NCBI RefSeq assembly: GCF_020745735.1
Contig: NC_083422.1
Location: forward strand, 18,910,001 to 18,974,000
DNA from: Hemiscyllium ocellatum
Taxonomy: Eukaryota
DNA: 64,000 nucleotides
Reading direction: 5' to 3'
Positions 1-11,945 of the stretch are shown one piece after another. Every line of letters starts with the position of its first letter. Position 1 is the first letter of the stretch. Made by a program: the position numbers and the translations under genes. Below the pieces are notes generated by a model, which saw only the letters and a program-made list of their open reading frames with translations, did no database searches and had not been told where the DNA came from.

Positions 1-152
1 TTCTGAACCCTTTCAAGTTTCATAACATCCTTCCTATAGGAAGACCAGAATTGCACACAGTATTCCAAAAGTGGCCTAACCAACACACTGTACACAGCCA
101 CAACATGACCTCCCAACTCCTGTACTCAATGCTCTTACCAATGAAGGAAAGC
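1..152 (-). mobile_element. CR1/HER1-type LINE fragment (RT C-terminal region)
   Basis: Nearly identical to 19724-19880, whose minus-strand ORF reads LYRTLVRPLLEYCVQFWSP, a typical CR1 ORF2 C-terminal motif. Confidence 0.8.
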
Positions 153-689
153 GTGGTTTGCAGATAGTTGAGAGTTTTCTACTGTGATTTTAAATTTTAT
201 CAATCGTTTATAACATACAATATTCAATAGACCATAAACTATATACTCAGCTCAATTTTGCTCTCCATTGAAGTCAATTGAAAACAAAATCAGGCCATTG
301 TGTATAACTTGTGAAACAAACAGTATTGATGTCATACAACACAGTTAAAACAGAACAGTTTTGATATCCTTTGGAAAGCACAGTTCTAAAATCATTTTGG
401 CAGATGACCAGGAAGGTCAATAATTGGGATACAGGCAACTTGATTACATTATTAAACTTCAGGATTAGAAACTAAATGCTTCAAGTACAGAGTGTTCCTG
501 TCAGAGATGCTACTTTGTATATTGATCACGTGAGAAACACAAACTGCATCTGCAAGACATGTCCTGTGCAATGCATGGCTTTTTCACCCTGCTTGATCTT
601 TCTCTCAATCAATCTCATGTGTTTTGAAGGATTATGCATTATTATCTTAATTTAACATAAGTGTTTGCGAGTTAATGGCTGTAGTATCA

Positions 690-2140
690 TAGAGTCAGTG
701 TCATAATGTCCTACAGCACAGAAAAAGGTTCTTCAGCCCATTGAGTCTGCACAAGTCAAAACCAACCATCTAACTATTCTCATCCCATTTTCCAGCACTT
801 GGCTCATGGACTTGCATACCCTGGCATCACAAACGCACATCTAAATACTTCTTAAATGTTATGAAAGTTCCTGTCTGTAGCACTCTTACAGGCAGTGAGT
901 TCCAGATCCCGCCCCTCTTGGTGAAAAGTTTTTTTTCTCATATCCCTGCTAATCTTTCTGCCTTCTATCTTAAATCACAATCCCTGATCATTCATCCCTT
1001 TGCCAAGGGAAAACTTTCCTTCCCGTCCACCTTGCCTATACCCCTCATAATTTTACACATCTCAATTACATCTCCTCTCAGCCTCCTGTGATCAGGGGAA
1101 AACAAGTTAGCCAATCTCTCTTCATAACAAAAATGCCTTCAGCCAGGCAACATCCTGGTAAATTTCTTCCACATCCTCTCCAGTACGATTACATTCCCCC
1201 CTATAATGTGGATTCCACAACTGGCACAGTATTCTAGCATGGCCTCACCAATGTTTTATACAGGTCGAGCATCACCTCCTGGTCTTAAACGATATGTCTC
1301 AGATAACAAAAGGTAAATATCCCATATGCCTTCTAAGCCACTTATCTACTTGTCCTGCTGCCTTAAGGGACTGATGAACAAGCAACCCGAAGTCTCTCTA
1401 ATCCTCAGTACCTCCCAAGCTCTTATCATTCATTACGTATTTCCTTGCCTTGTTTGCCCTCCTTAGGTGTATCATTTCAGAATTGTCCAGCTTAAGTTCT
1501 ATTTATCACTTATCAAACTATGTGACCAGACTGTCTCTATCCTCCTATATTCCAAGGCAATCCTCATCACTATTTACTATCCCGCGAATTTTTGTATCAT
1601 CCACGAACTTACTGATGAACCCTCTTACATCTACATAGTTTATACATACACTACATAAAACCAGGGCCCCGACATCGATCCCTGCAGAATGCCACTGGAC
1701 ACAGGCCTCCAGTCACAGTCTTCAACCATCGCCCTCTGCTTCCTGACACCCAGCCAATTCCGGAGCTGATTTGCCAAACTTTTCTCAGATCCCGAGGACG
1801 CTTACCTTCGCTCTCAGCCTCTCATGCCGAATTTTATCAAATGCCTTGCTGAAGTCCAAGTAGATTACACCAAATGCTTTGCCTTCATCTACACACCTGG
1901 TTACTTTGAAAAATTCAAATCAAGTTGGTTAGACATGAGCTCCCTTTAACAAAACCATGCTGACTATTCTTGATTAATCCTTGCCTTTCCAAGCACAGAT
2001 TCATTCTGTCCCTCAAACTTGCGTCGCATAGTTCCGCCACCATTGAGGTTAGACTGACAGGCTTGTAGCTTCCTGGTTTATCCTTTCTTGAATAACGGTG
2101 TCCTTCAATCCACTGGCACCCCTCCATCCACTGGCCTTTC
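690..2140 (-). mobile_element. Degraded CR1-type LINE (RT to 3' end)
   Basis: Minus-strand ORF 1915-2160 contains PGSYKPVSLTS...QHGFVKGSSCLTNLI (CR1 RT); CR1-type 3' tail near 690-850. Confidence 0.75.
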
Positions 2141-2523
2141 TCAGTTCTTTTGGAAGACATTTATCTACTGGAATTATTCTTTTCACCACAGTACAGTATT
2201 TCAGTGCAATCATAGAGTAAAGCTCCAATCCTTTGTGGAGCTGGGCTTAAAAAGCACAGTCCATTGGAAGGCCTATATTTTATAAAAGTAGAGTGTGTGT
2301 GTTGATATATGCATGGGTATCTCTGAATATGGATATTATATTTTTATGGTTAGCATGTGTGCACTCATATTTACACAGGTAGCAAGTGTGCAAATAAGGT
2401 CGTATAACTGCATTCATTATCTACATGTATGAATAGCATATATATAAAATTTTATGTTTAGTACAGACTCATATTCAGTGTATATGTACATATCTAGATA
2501 AATAATCAAACATAATATATTTT

Positions 2524-2560
2524 ATTCCTGATGAAGGGCTTTTGCCTGAAACGTCGATTT
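2524..2560 (+). ncRNA. Minimal type I hammerhead ribozyme motif in a short Penelope-derived insertion (2524-2617); one helix II substitution
   Basis: ATTC-CTGATGA-A-GGGC-TTTT-GCCT-GAAA-CGTC-GATT: CUGANGA and GAAA core, helix II hairpin, palindromic ACGU helix III. Confidence 0.6.
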
Positions 2561-3632
2561 CGCTGCTCCTTGGATGCTGCCTGAACTGCTGTGCTCTTCC
2601 AGCACCACTAATCCAGAAAATGATATAATTACAGTATAGAATTGAAAAAGATTCTTCACAATATTTTGGTTTTAACATGAGCAAAACATCAGCTAAACGA
2701 CAATACAAAAGGTTGCTGGTTGCTGGGCTTTTTTTACAAGAATAGTCAGGGCTGAAATTGGAATTACTCATTTAATGAAGGAAGTACTCGAGTTTAGGAT
2801 TAAGCAGACCAGTGTAGCTTTACTCAAATGCTCAGTACCATCACATAAAATCCAACTGTAGAATTAATACATACTGTTTATATGAATGGTGTCCCACTTT
2901 TCATTCTCTATAAACTCCAGCTGCCCAATCCCAGCTTGGGCCATGTCCTATCCACCTATCATCCTTATATTGACTTCCCAATTCAGCAACGGTTCAATTC
3001 TGAATTCTCATTGTTGTATTGAATTCCCTCAGTGGCCTCATTTCTCCCCCTCACCTCCACAACCCTCCGAGATCTCTGCGTTGCTTCACTTCTGGCCTCC
3101 CATTGCCAATTTTCAGAGAACTTTGACATCTGTGCCTTCAGCTATTGTGGCAGCAAGAATCGGAATTCCTTTCCTAAGCCTGTCTAGCTGTCCCTCCTCC
3201 TTTAAACCTACTTCTTTGATCAAGCTTTTGCTTATCTGACCTATTATCTCTTTATAAGGCTCAGTGTCAAACTGTGTTTGATAATGCTCCTCTGAAGCGT
3301 CTTGTCATTCTAACACACGAGCAGTTCTATATCAATGCAAGATATTGTTGCATTTCCAGTTACAGAGTAAACCAAAGAAAATAGACCTCACACACGTTAT
3401 GTTACAACGTCTTTCAATATGCTATGAGCATTAGTGTCTGGAAGCAGTTTGTACAGCCAGAGCCAATCTATATAACCTATTCTAAACTCTTATGTATTAA
3501 TGGCAGACTTCAAATGGCTCAGAGGTTATTTGTGACTAAAATTAGAGCACATGCCTTTCTCCAGACACAACATAATGAACATAGCCTCTTCCATTGTGAG
3601 AAAACCTTGCAGTTCTACCGGATAGTAGTCAT

Positions 3633-3735
3633 GATTTGAAGATGCCGGTGTTGGACTGGGGTGTACAAAGTTAAAAGTCACACAGCACCAGGTTATAGTC
3701 CAACAAGTTTAATTGGAAGCACACCAGCTTTCGGT
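3633..3735. mobile_element. Short fragment of a second Penelope-derived repeat family
   Basis: Homologous to 50461-50585 (ttggactggggt...ttatagtccaaca...); truncated at gctttcgg, the GAAA side of that family's hammerhead motif. Confidence 0.55.
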
Positions 3736-3769
3736 AGTGGTGCATAGTTGTCTTTTAGGGACTTGATAG

Positions 3770-3985
3770 CATTGTGATAATGTCCCTGGACTAGTAATCC
3801 ACAGCCCCAGGCTAATATTCTGGGGATGTGGGTTTGAATTTCCACTGTGACACGTAGTGAATTTTCAATTCAATAAAAATCTGGGACCAAAAGAAAACTT
3901 AGCCTAATTATGACCAGGAAACCATTGTCGACTGTTGGAAAACCCCATCTGGTTCACTAATGCCCTTTAGTAGAGTAAACAGGGC
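3770..3985 (+). mobile_element. tRNA-derived SINE-like head, degraded
   Basis: ggactagtaatcc...gggtttgaatttccac (B-box-like) followed by ctggttcactaatgccctttag; resembles a shark SINE family from recall. Confidence 0.45.
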
Positions 3986-5697
3986 GATGGTTAGATTGTT
4001 TCTCACTGGTGATGGTCATGACCTGGTTGTTGTGTGACAGGAGGATATTGTCCAGATCTTGTTGCATTTGAACATGGACTGCTTCAGTATCGGATGAGTT
4101 GTAAATGGTGCTGAACATTGTGCGATCATTGGCGAACATCTCCACTTCTGACCTTATGATGGAGGGGAGGTCATTGATGAAGCAGCTGAAGATGATTGGG
4201 CCAAGACACTACCCTGAGGAACTCCCGCAGAAATGTCCTGGAGCTGCGGTGACTAATAGGAGAAGGGCTTATGCCCAAAACCTCGAATCTCCTGTTCCTT
4301 GGATGGTTCCTGACCTGCTGCGCTTTTCCAGCAACACATTTTCAGCTGCGGTGACTAATATCCAACATCCATGACCATCTTCCCATGTCCCAGGTGTGAC
4401 TCCAACCAGCAGAGAGGTTGCCCCCGATACTCATTGATTCCAGTTTTGCTAGGGCTCCAGGTTGCCACACACGGTCAAATGCAGCCTCGATGTCAAGGGC
4501 TGTCACTCTTACCTCCCCTCAGGAATTCTGCTCTTTTGTCCATGTTTGAACCAAGGCTGTAATGAGGTCAGGAGCTGAGTGGTCCTGGCAGGACCCAAAC
4601 TGAGCATCACTGAGCAGGTTATTGCTGAGCAGGTGCTGCTTGACAGCATTATTAATGACACCTTCCATCACTTTCCTGCTGATCGAGAATAGACTGATGG
4701 AGCAATAGTTGGCCTGGTTAAATTTGTCTTGCTTTTTAAGTGCAGCACATACCTTGACAATTTTCCACATTGTCAGGTAGATGCCAGTGTTGTAACTGCA
4801 CTGGAACAGCTTGGCTACAGGAGAGGCAGGTTCTGGAGCATACGTTTTCAGTACTATTGCAGGAATGTTATCAGGGCCTTCCAGTATCCAGTGTCTCCAA
4901 CCATTTCCTGACATCACATGGAGTGAATCGAATTGGCTGGAGACTGGGATCTGGGATGCTTGGAACCACTGGGGGAGGCTGAGATGGATCACCCACTCAG
5001 TTCTTCTGGCTGAAGATTGCTGTGAAAACTTCAGCCTTACAGTTTGCCCTGATGTACTGGGCTCCTCCATCACTGAGGAGGGGGATATTTGTGGAGCCTC
5101 CTCCTCCAGTGAATTGTTTAATCATCCACCATCATTTACAACTGGATGTGGCAGGACTGCAGAGCTTAGATCTGATCCGTTGGTTGTGGGATCATTTAGC
5201 TTTATCACGCTGTTTATGCAGTTTGGCAACTAGTCCTGTTTGGTGGCTTCACCAGAGTGACACCTCATCTTCAGGTGTGCCTGGTGCTACTCCTGGCATG
5301 CCCTCCTGTACTCTTCATTGAACCAGAATTGGCCCCCTGGCTTGATGGTAATGGTTGACTGGGAGGAACTGCTGGGCCATGAGGTTACAGATTGTGCTGG
5401 AGTACAGCTCTGCTGCTGTTGAAGGGCCACAGTGCCTCATGGATGCCCAGTCTTCAGTTGCAAGATCTGTTCGAAGTCTGTCCCATTTAGCACAGTGACA
5501 GTGCCACACAACACGATGGAGCTTACTCTCAACGTGAAGGTGGGAGTTTGTCTTCACAAGGACTGTGTGGTGGCCATTCTTACCACTACTGTCGTGGACA
5601 GATGCATGACATTGCTAAGGATAAGGTCAAGTATAGTTTCCCCTCTTGTTGGTTCCCTAACCACCCGTCGCAGACCCAGACTAGCAGTCATGTCCTC
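3986..5697 (-). mobile_element. Degraded non-LTR LINE (CR1 group) with endonuclease and RT remnants
   Basis: Minus-strand ORFs with EPTRGETILDLIL (APE C-terminus), GPDNIP...KLFQCSYNTG...NYCSISL...QFG, and MFAND (FADD-like). Confidence 0.8.
4259..4346 (+). mobile_element. Mini Penelope-derived insertion with target-site duplication
   Basis: About 85 bp of the gaagggcttatgccc...aacacattttcagct repeat; flanked by direct repeat agctgcggtgactaata (4242-4258, 4344-4360). Confidence 0.75.
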
Positions 5698-5699
5698 AA

Positions 5700-5965
5700 A
5701 GCACCAGGGACCCAGGTTCGATTCCAGCCTTGAGTGACTGTCTGTGCGGAGTTTGCACGCGTGCTCCAGTTTCCTCCTACAATCCATAGGTTAGGTGGGT
5801 TGGCCATACTAAATTGCCCGATAGTGTTCAGGCATGTGCAAGTTAGGTGGATTAGCTATGGCAAATGCAGGGTTATGGGGATGGGTTGGGATGCTCTGCA
5901 GGTGGGTTAGTGCAGACTCAATGGGCCAAGTGGCCTCTTTCTGCACTATAGAGATTCAATGATTC
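5700..5965 (+). mobile_element. HE1-type shark SINE (5' truncated)
   Basis: B-box ggttcgattcc, central ggagtttgcac...ttcctcc, CR1-like 3' tail; homologous to 18533-18874. Confidence 0.8.
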
Positions 5966-6802
5966 TCAAAACAGAAAATAAACTGTGACAGGAACATAAT
6001 ACTGGTTTATTTTCTAGGAGAATCATACTTTTTGTATGATGTCTATATTTTCGTCATTAATATAATTAAATTTTTCTTCTATGTGCTCTACTCGAGATAT
6101 ATCCATCTTGGCTGTAAGCCAATTTTAAATCTTAAGATGTGTACACACATATACACTAACTTCAGATTTCCCAATGCTCGGCAATACTGCCTGTCTGCCA
6201 ATTTTTATTAGGGAATTAGTGAAAATTTGTTGGAGAATTAGTGACAATTTGAAGGTCTGGGGTCTTGGCTACAACCACACAATGGGAAGGTGCTAGAACA
6301 ATGAAAACTGGGGATCAGATCACCTTGGGCACATCACCAAGACTCACCAGACATTACCCCAAGGCTCTGTTGAATCCATTCCCTAATTATCATCTCCCAG
6401 CACCAAACAAAAGACACAGAGAAGCCACATAACTGCAGACAATGCGAGAAAAGACAGCAAAAGAAAAGAAATAGAAAATGCCAAAAGCTCACAGAGACAA
6501 TAAAGAGAAGGGGATGCAGTTAATTAAAATAAGAGACCAGGAGCCACACAATCCCAAAATAAAGATAACAGCTGGAGAAGTAAAACAGCAAAATGTCCTT
6601 CAATGCCACAGGAGCTTAATTAGAAATTTACTTTTATAGCTGTATTTTACACCATTAAGCACCTTATAACATTCACATACTGTAAACAATGAGTCTTAAT
6701 TAACTCTTTCCAGGGAGTTATCTTGTACAGATTACTGGTTTGAATTAAAGTGAAGCTATTAAATATTATAGAACACACATCAATAGTTTGACAGCAACAG
6801 AC

Positions 6803-7279
6803 CTTCGTAACGTCAGGAATATTTTGTATCTTCTTGGTTTTTGCTGTCCATCCCACTACCCCGATATCCAATGGGAAAACAATCTCGCCTTGGGGAGGCA
6901 CAAGATTCTTCTCAAAGCTGGAGTCTCTGGTCACATTGAACAGTCGTGTGGCCAGCTCTGCAATGCCATTCCTCGATCTGAATGTGAACAAGCTGCCTCT
7001 GTCCGCACTGACCAGGGAGACAATCCTTTGCAGTATCTTGTGTATCTGCTTCTCGACATTGGAGTCATCCTGCAGCTCCTCGACCAGCTCAAAGATAATG
7101 TCGGACTCCTCCAGCTTGGACAGGTCTTTGAAGGAAGCCCCGACCCCCAGTTCCACCTTTGCCCCATTGAAGATTGCACCAATTGTTTCTGGCCTGAGCT
7201 TCCTGTCAAAGTATTCCTTGACGAATTGTGGATTGTTCTCCAGGTATTGTTCAACTGCTTCCTTGTTAACACCCCCCAT
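6803..7279 (-). CDS. PDE6C: Cone cGMP phosphodiesterase alpha' subunit, coding exon 1 (N-terminus and start of GAF-A); remaining exons not found in this window
   Basis: MGGVNKEAVEQYLENNPQFVKEYFDRKLR...ADRGSLF...RNGIAELATRLFNV...FPLDIGVVGW...NIPDVTK matches PDE6 exon 1; phase-0 GT donor at 6802-6801; strong Kozak GCCAACATGG (in-frame ATG at 7288 is in weaker context); head-to-head with RBP4 as for human PDE6C. Confidence 0.93.
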
Positions 7280-7469
7280 GTTGGCCATTTGACTTCTGTT
7301 TTAGATGTGCATCACTGATGGTTGGGAGAGAAGGGGTGAAATTAGCAGGTCAGACCCAGGCACTAGGCATCCCATTTGACATGGCCAATCTGCAGCTTGC
7401 ACTGCTCTGAGGTTGACAGCAGGCAATGGATTTAATAGATTGTGAACATTTCCAGCCAGCTCCCATCCC

Positions 7470-7477
7470 TGACGTCA
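7470..7477. promoter_or_regulatory. Perfect palindromic CRE (TGACGTCA) about 190 bp upstream of the PDE6C ATG
   Basis: Exact 8-mer with retained CpG in non-repetitive proximal upstream DNA. Confidence 0.45.
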
Positions 7478-8718
7478 GCATTTTAAATCCTGATGAATGC
7501 ATTAGACTGGTGAATCCCATCTTCATTTGAGAATCACCAATCTTGTTACTGAGGCCAGGTAATGTCTCCAAAGATCACCAGGTCCACGTGAGACCCTCTC
7601 AGAGGGCAGCTTTATGTACTCAGCTTGGGCATTAATGTGTGTGGGGCTTGGGTCTGGGAGACCTTATTGCACCCTAAGTGCCCGCAACGTTGCTCTTTTA
7701 GAGTGACCACTTCAAATAAAACAATGTAATGATAAATGTCTCTGTGAGGAATCCCTTTGCTGCTGTAGTCCAGAATTCACGGGGACACTCAAACGCAGCA
7801 GTATTTAGATTTAATGTCACTCCATGTCATACAATCAATAAGTAAAAGGTCATTCGCTCTTTCCTTACAGACTCTGCTAACTGAATACTCAAAGTGCAGT
7901 TTGTATTAAGGAACACAACACGTGTTCATGGCTGAGTGTCAGAACATTTTCTTGCTTTAATCCGACAGACACATGTTCACTAGAAAGGCTGTGGGTGATT
8001 TGTGCTCTGTCAGAAAAAAACCTTCTGCAACACATTCGGCTCAGCCAGTGCACTTGAAAAGGAATAAAAATGCTGCGAAATATCACTAAGTCAGGCAGAA
8101 TCTGTGGAGGGAGCATTTTCATTATTTCATTGGGAACTGGGAAAAAGTGAGAGGTGTCAGGTTTGAGGACAAGGACAGAGGCCAGTGGGGATAAGATATG
8201 TGACGGCCAAGATTAAATGAAGGCAAAGGGATGATGGTGCATGGCAAACGGAGATGCCAAAAGGGCTGGTAAAGAAACAGACACAACACTCAGGAGGAGG
8301 TGTGGATGGCCATACCAGAAGCTTCATCACCAGCTATGGGAGGAATTGTTAAAATCTGAAATTATAGAACTCAGTTTGGATTCTGAGAGTCTGTAAAGTG
8401 ATGAATTAAAAGGGGGACGATGTTGTCACTTAAGGTTATGTTTGTTGTCAGTGGAGAAGTCAAAGTCAGTGAAGGAGTGCGGCGGTGAATTAGAATGCCA
8501 GGCGACCAGAAATTCAGGTTCACAGCTGCAATCTGAATGCGGTTACTCCTCAAAGCACTTAAACTAGGTTTAACCTCCACCCTTAGAAGTTTTCCATCTT
8601 GTTATAAATATTGTCTTTACCTCACTCACCTCCCCTTAGCTACCTCTCTGCTTGGTTAAAACCTATCATATCTCTTAATTTTTTTTCAGTCCTGATGCAA
8701 GGCCATCTCTCTGAAGAG

Positions 8719-8809
8719 GCCAAGAAGGGCTTATGCCCGAAACGTCGATTCTCCTGCTCCTTTGATGCTGCCTGACCTGCTATGCTTTTCCAGCAACACA
8801 TTTTCAGCT
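8719..8809 (+). mobile_element. Mini Penelope-derived insertion nested in an older Penelope-like remnant (about 8060-8890)
   Basis: agaagggcttatgcccgaaacgtcg...cacattttcagctc; direct repeat catctctctgaagag at 8704-8718 and 8810-8824. Confidence 0.75.
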
Positions 8810-8954
8810 CATCTCTCTGAAGAGACTGTTTGATCAGCTGAGTGCTTCTGTTCTTATTTTTGGCTTTTCCTTATCTGCAGAGTTTTGCTTTTTCCCTGAG
8901 AATGAAAGTTGTTCAATGTTGCACTATTAGGACAGTAGAGAAGCCACAAAGCTT

Positions 8955-9625
8955 GGAGTGCAGATTCATAGTTCCTTGAAAATGGAGTCCCAGGTAGGCA
9001 GGACAGTGAGGAGGTGTTTTGAATGCTTGTCTTTATTGGTCAGTGCATTGAGAATAGGAATTGGGAGGTCATGTTGCGGCTATACTGGACATTGGTTGGG
9101 CCACCTTTGGAATGCTGTGTGCAATTCTGGTCTCCCTGCTATAGGAAGGATATTGTGAAACTTGAAAGGGTTTGGAAAAGATTTACAAGGATTGTTGGCA
9201 GGTTTGAAAGGTTTGAGCTATAGGGAAGAGGTTGAATAAGCTGGGGCTATTTTCCCTGGAGCATCTGAGGCTGAGATTTATAAAATCATGGTAGGCCGAA
9301 TAGCCAGGGCTTTTCCCTGGGATGGGGGAGTCCAGAACTAGTAAACATAGGTTTAAGGTGAGAGGGGAAAAATTTAAAAGGGACCTAAGGGGCATTTTTT
9401 CACACAGAGAGTGATGCATGTATCGAATAAGCTGCCAGAGGAAATGATGGAGGTTAATACAATTACAGCATTTAAAAGGCATGTGGATGGGTCCATGAAT
9501 AGGTATGGATTAGCGGGATTTGGGCCAAATGCTGGCAAATGGAACTAGATTAATTTAGGATATGTGGTTAGCATGGACATGTTAGATTGAAGGGTCTGTT
9601 TCCATGCTGTATAGCTCTATGACTT
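8955..9625 (+). mobile_element. CR1/HER1 LINE 3' fragment
   Basis: ORF LYWTLVGPPLECCVQFWSPCYRKDIVKLERV; 3' tail gaagggtctgtttccatgctgtatagctctatgact. Confidence 0.85.
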
Positions 9626-9729
9626 TATAAAAGAGAGAATCCTCCTTGCTTCCTGTAATTCCCATAATAGGATCAGCAATGTTGTTACTGACAACCTGTA
9701 ACCAATGATGTTCCAGAGGAAGCAGTGCT

Positions 9730-10170
9730 GGGACTGCAACAGTTTACTATATATTAATGATTGGAGGAAGAAAGTAAATGTACTGCAGTCAAATTTGCAG
9801 GTGACACAAAATATAGTTGGGAAGACAGGTTACAAGAAGAATACAAACAGTTTACAGAGAAATATTGATAGAGTTAAGTAAGTGGGCAAAAAGGTGGCAA
9901 ATGGAGTTTAATGTGGGAAAATATAAATTCGGAGTGGAGAACAAAAATATTATTTAAATGGACAATAAATTAAAGCAAGCTGCAGAACAAAGGGACTTAG
10001 GGCTATTTGTGTACCAAACACTGAAAGGGAGCACAGTTGTAGCAGATGATCAGGAAGGTTAATGAAATGCTGGCTTTGGAGTATAAGAGTAGGGACATCT
10101 TACTGCAACTGGTGTAACAAGGTGATGGTGAGACACATCTGGAGCACTAGAAAAAACTTTGGTCCCTTTA
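9730..10170 (+). mobile_element. Older CR1 RT fragment
   Basis: aaatttgcaggtgacacaaa (KFADDTK-like) and tggcaaatggagtttaatgtgggaaaa (WQMEFN). Confidence 0.65.
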
Positions 10171-10642
10171 TTTGCTTTTATTTCAATTTAATTTTTTGTT
10201 AAAATTTGACAACTTGTCCTGGAAGGCTAGTTTCTCTGCATTGTTAGTCTTTCCAGTTGTCAAATCTCCAATAAACACGAACAGTTTGTGTATACATTGA
10301 GCTTTTAAAATAAGAACATTCCCAAAGGACATCACAAGCAAAATGAGCCAAAATTTGACACTGATGGAGGGAGGAATTATTAGGGTGCCTAAACAGATGA
10401 CTGAGCAGATGACTACGAAAGTAACCAAATAACTAGGATTCAAAGGGGTATTTTAAAGGAAGTGTGAGTGTTGGAGAGATGAAGGTATTCAGGAAGGGGA
10501 TTCCAGAGCTTAAGAGTGAACTCTAGATGCCTGAAGCCGCAGGCACTAAGGATGGGGCAAGGAACAGGAGGTGGGATGGAGGCAGGGGAGGGTAGTTAGA
10601 CAAGTAGCCAAAGCTAGTGAATCCAAAGTGCTTGGAGGGTTA

Positions 10643-11667
10643 TAGAATCATTGAGTTATCTGGCATGGAAACAGACACTTTGGTCCAACTCGTCCATGCT
10701 GACCAGGTATCTTAATCTGACCTAGTCTCATTTGCCAGCATTTGGTCCATATCTCTCTAAATTCACCCTATTAATATATCCATCTAGATATCTTTTACGT
10801 GTAATTGTACCCACCTCCTCTGATAACTTCTTTCTTACACGCACAAGCCTCTGCATGAAATGTTATCACTCATGTCCTTTTTTTAATCTTTCCCCTCTCA
10901 CCTTAAACCTTTGCCCCCTAGTTTTGAACTGTCCCACCCTAGGAAAAGGGCCTGGCTAGTCATCCTACCCATGCTCGTCAAGATTTTATAAACGTCTATA
11001 AGGTCACTCCTCAGTATCCAACACTCCAAGGGAAAAAAGCCCCAGTCAATTCAGTCTGTCCCTATAACTCGAACCTTCCAGTCCCAGCAACATCCTCCTA
11101 AGTTTTTTTCTGCACCCTCTCAAGTTTAATAACATCCTTCCGAGAGAAGGGTGAGAAGAATTGTATGCAATATTCTAAAAGTGACCTAACTAACATTCTG
11201 GGCAGCAGCAACATGACGTCCCAACTCCTTTACTCAATGTTCTGATCAATGTACCAAATGCCTTCTTCACCACCCTGTGTACCCGCAACTTCACTTGCAA
11301 GGAACTATGCACTTGCACCCCTTGGTTTCATTGTTCAGCAACACACCTCAGGACCCTATCATTAACTGGATAAGTCCTTCCCTGGTTTGGGAGAAAGTGA
11401 GGACTGCAGATGCTGGAGGTCAGAGCTGAAAATGTGTTGCTGGAAAAGCGCAACAGGTCAGGCAGCATCCAAGGAGCAGGAGAGTCGACGTTTCGGGCAT
11501 GAGCCCTTCTTCAGGAATGAGGAAAGTGTGTTCAGCAGGCTAAGATAAAAGGTAGGGAGGAGGGACTTGGGGGAGGGGCATTGGAAATGCGATGTAACAC
11601 CTCAATTTATCTAAATTAAATTCCATCTGCAATCCATCTAATCAAGGTCACGTTGTACTCTCAGATA
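10643..11667 (-). mobile_element. CR1/HER1 LINE fragment interrupted by a Penelope-derived insertion (11390-11593)
   Basis: Reverse-complement homology to 8955-9625 and 19262-19897. Confidence 0.8.
11483..11518 (-). ncRNA. Minimal hammerhead ribozyme motif (intact core) in a Penelope-derived insertion
   Basis: Minus strand ATTC-CTGAAGA-A-GGGC-TCAT-GCCC-GAAA-CGTC-GAC. Confidence 0.65.
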
Positions 11668-11945
11668 ATCATAGAATCCCGAGCAAACCTACACCCAGAA
11701 ATCCCTACAGTGTGGGAACAGGCCATTTGGCCCAACAAGTCCACACTGACCCAGACCCATTTCTCTACCCTATTACTTTATATTTCCCCTGATTAATGTA
11801 CATAACCTACACATCCCTGAACACAATGGACAATTCAGCATGGCCAGTTCACCTAACCTGCACGTCTTTGGACTGTGGGAAGAAACCGGAGCACCCAGAG
11901 GAAGCCCACACAGACACGGGGAGAATGTGCAAATTCCACACAGAC
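11668..11945 (-). mobile_element. HE1-type SINE, 3' part (5' part at 14069-14141), split by a LINE insertion
   Basis: Colinear with the intact copy 18533-18874 up to ...tccacacagac; resumes as gttgcctgaggctgg at 14069. Confidence 0.85.

Noticed and set aside
1-6800. PDE6C exon 2 and later exons
   Set aside because: No minus-strand segment resembling NSHFSDFMDKQTGY was found by eye; presumably left of the window
6647-6802. C-terminal 51 aa of the 213-aa PDE6C ORF (VCCCQTID...)
   Set aside because: Read-through into intron 1 past the conserved donor after IPDVTK
6788-7318. Plus-strand ORFs of 176 and 152 aa
   Set aside because: Antisense shadows of PDE6C exon 1 with no recognisable homology
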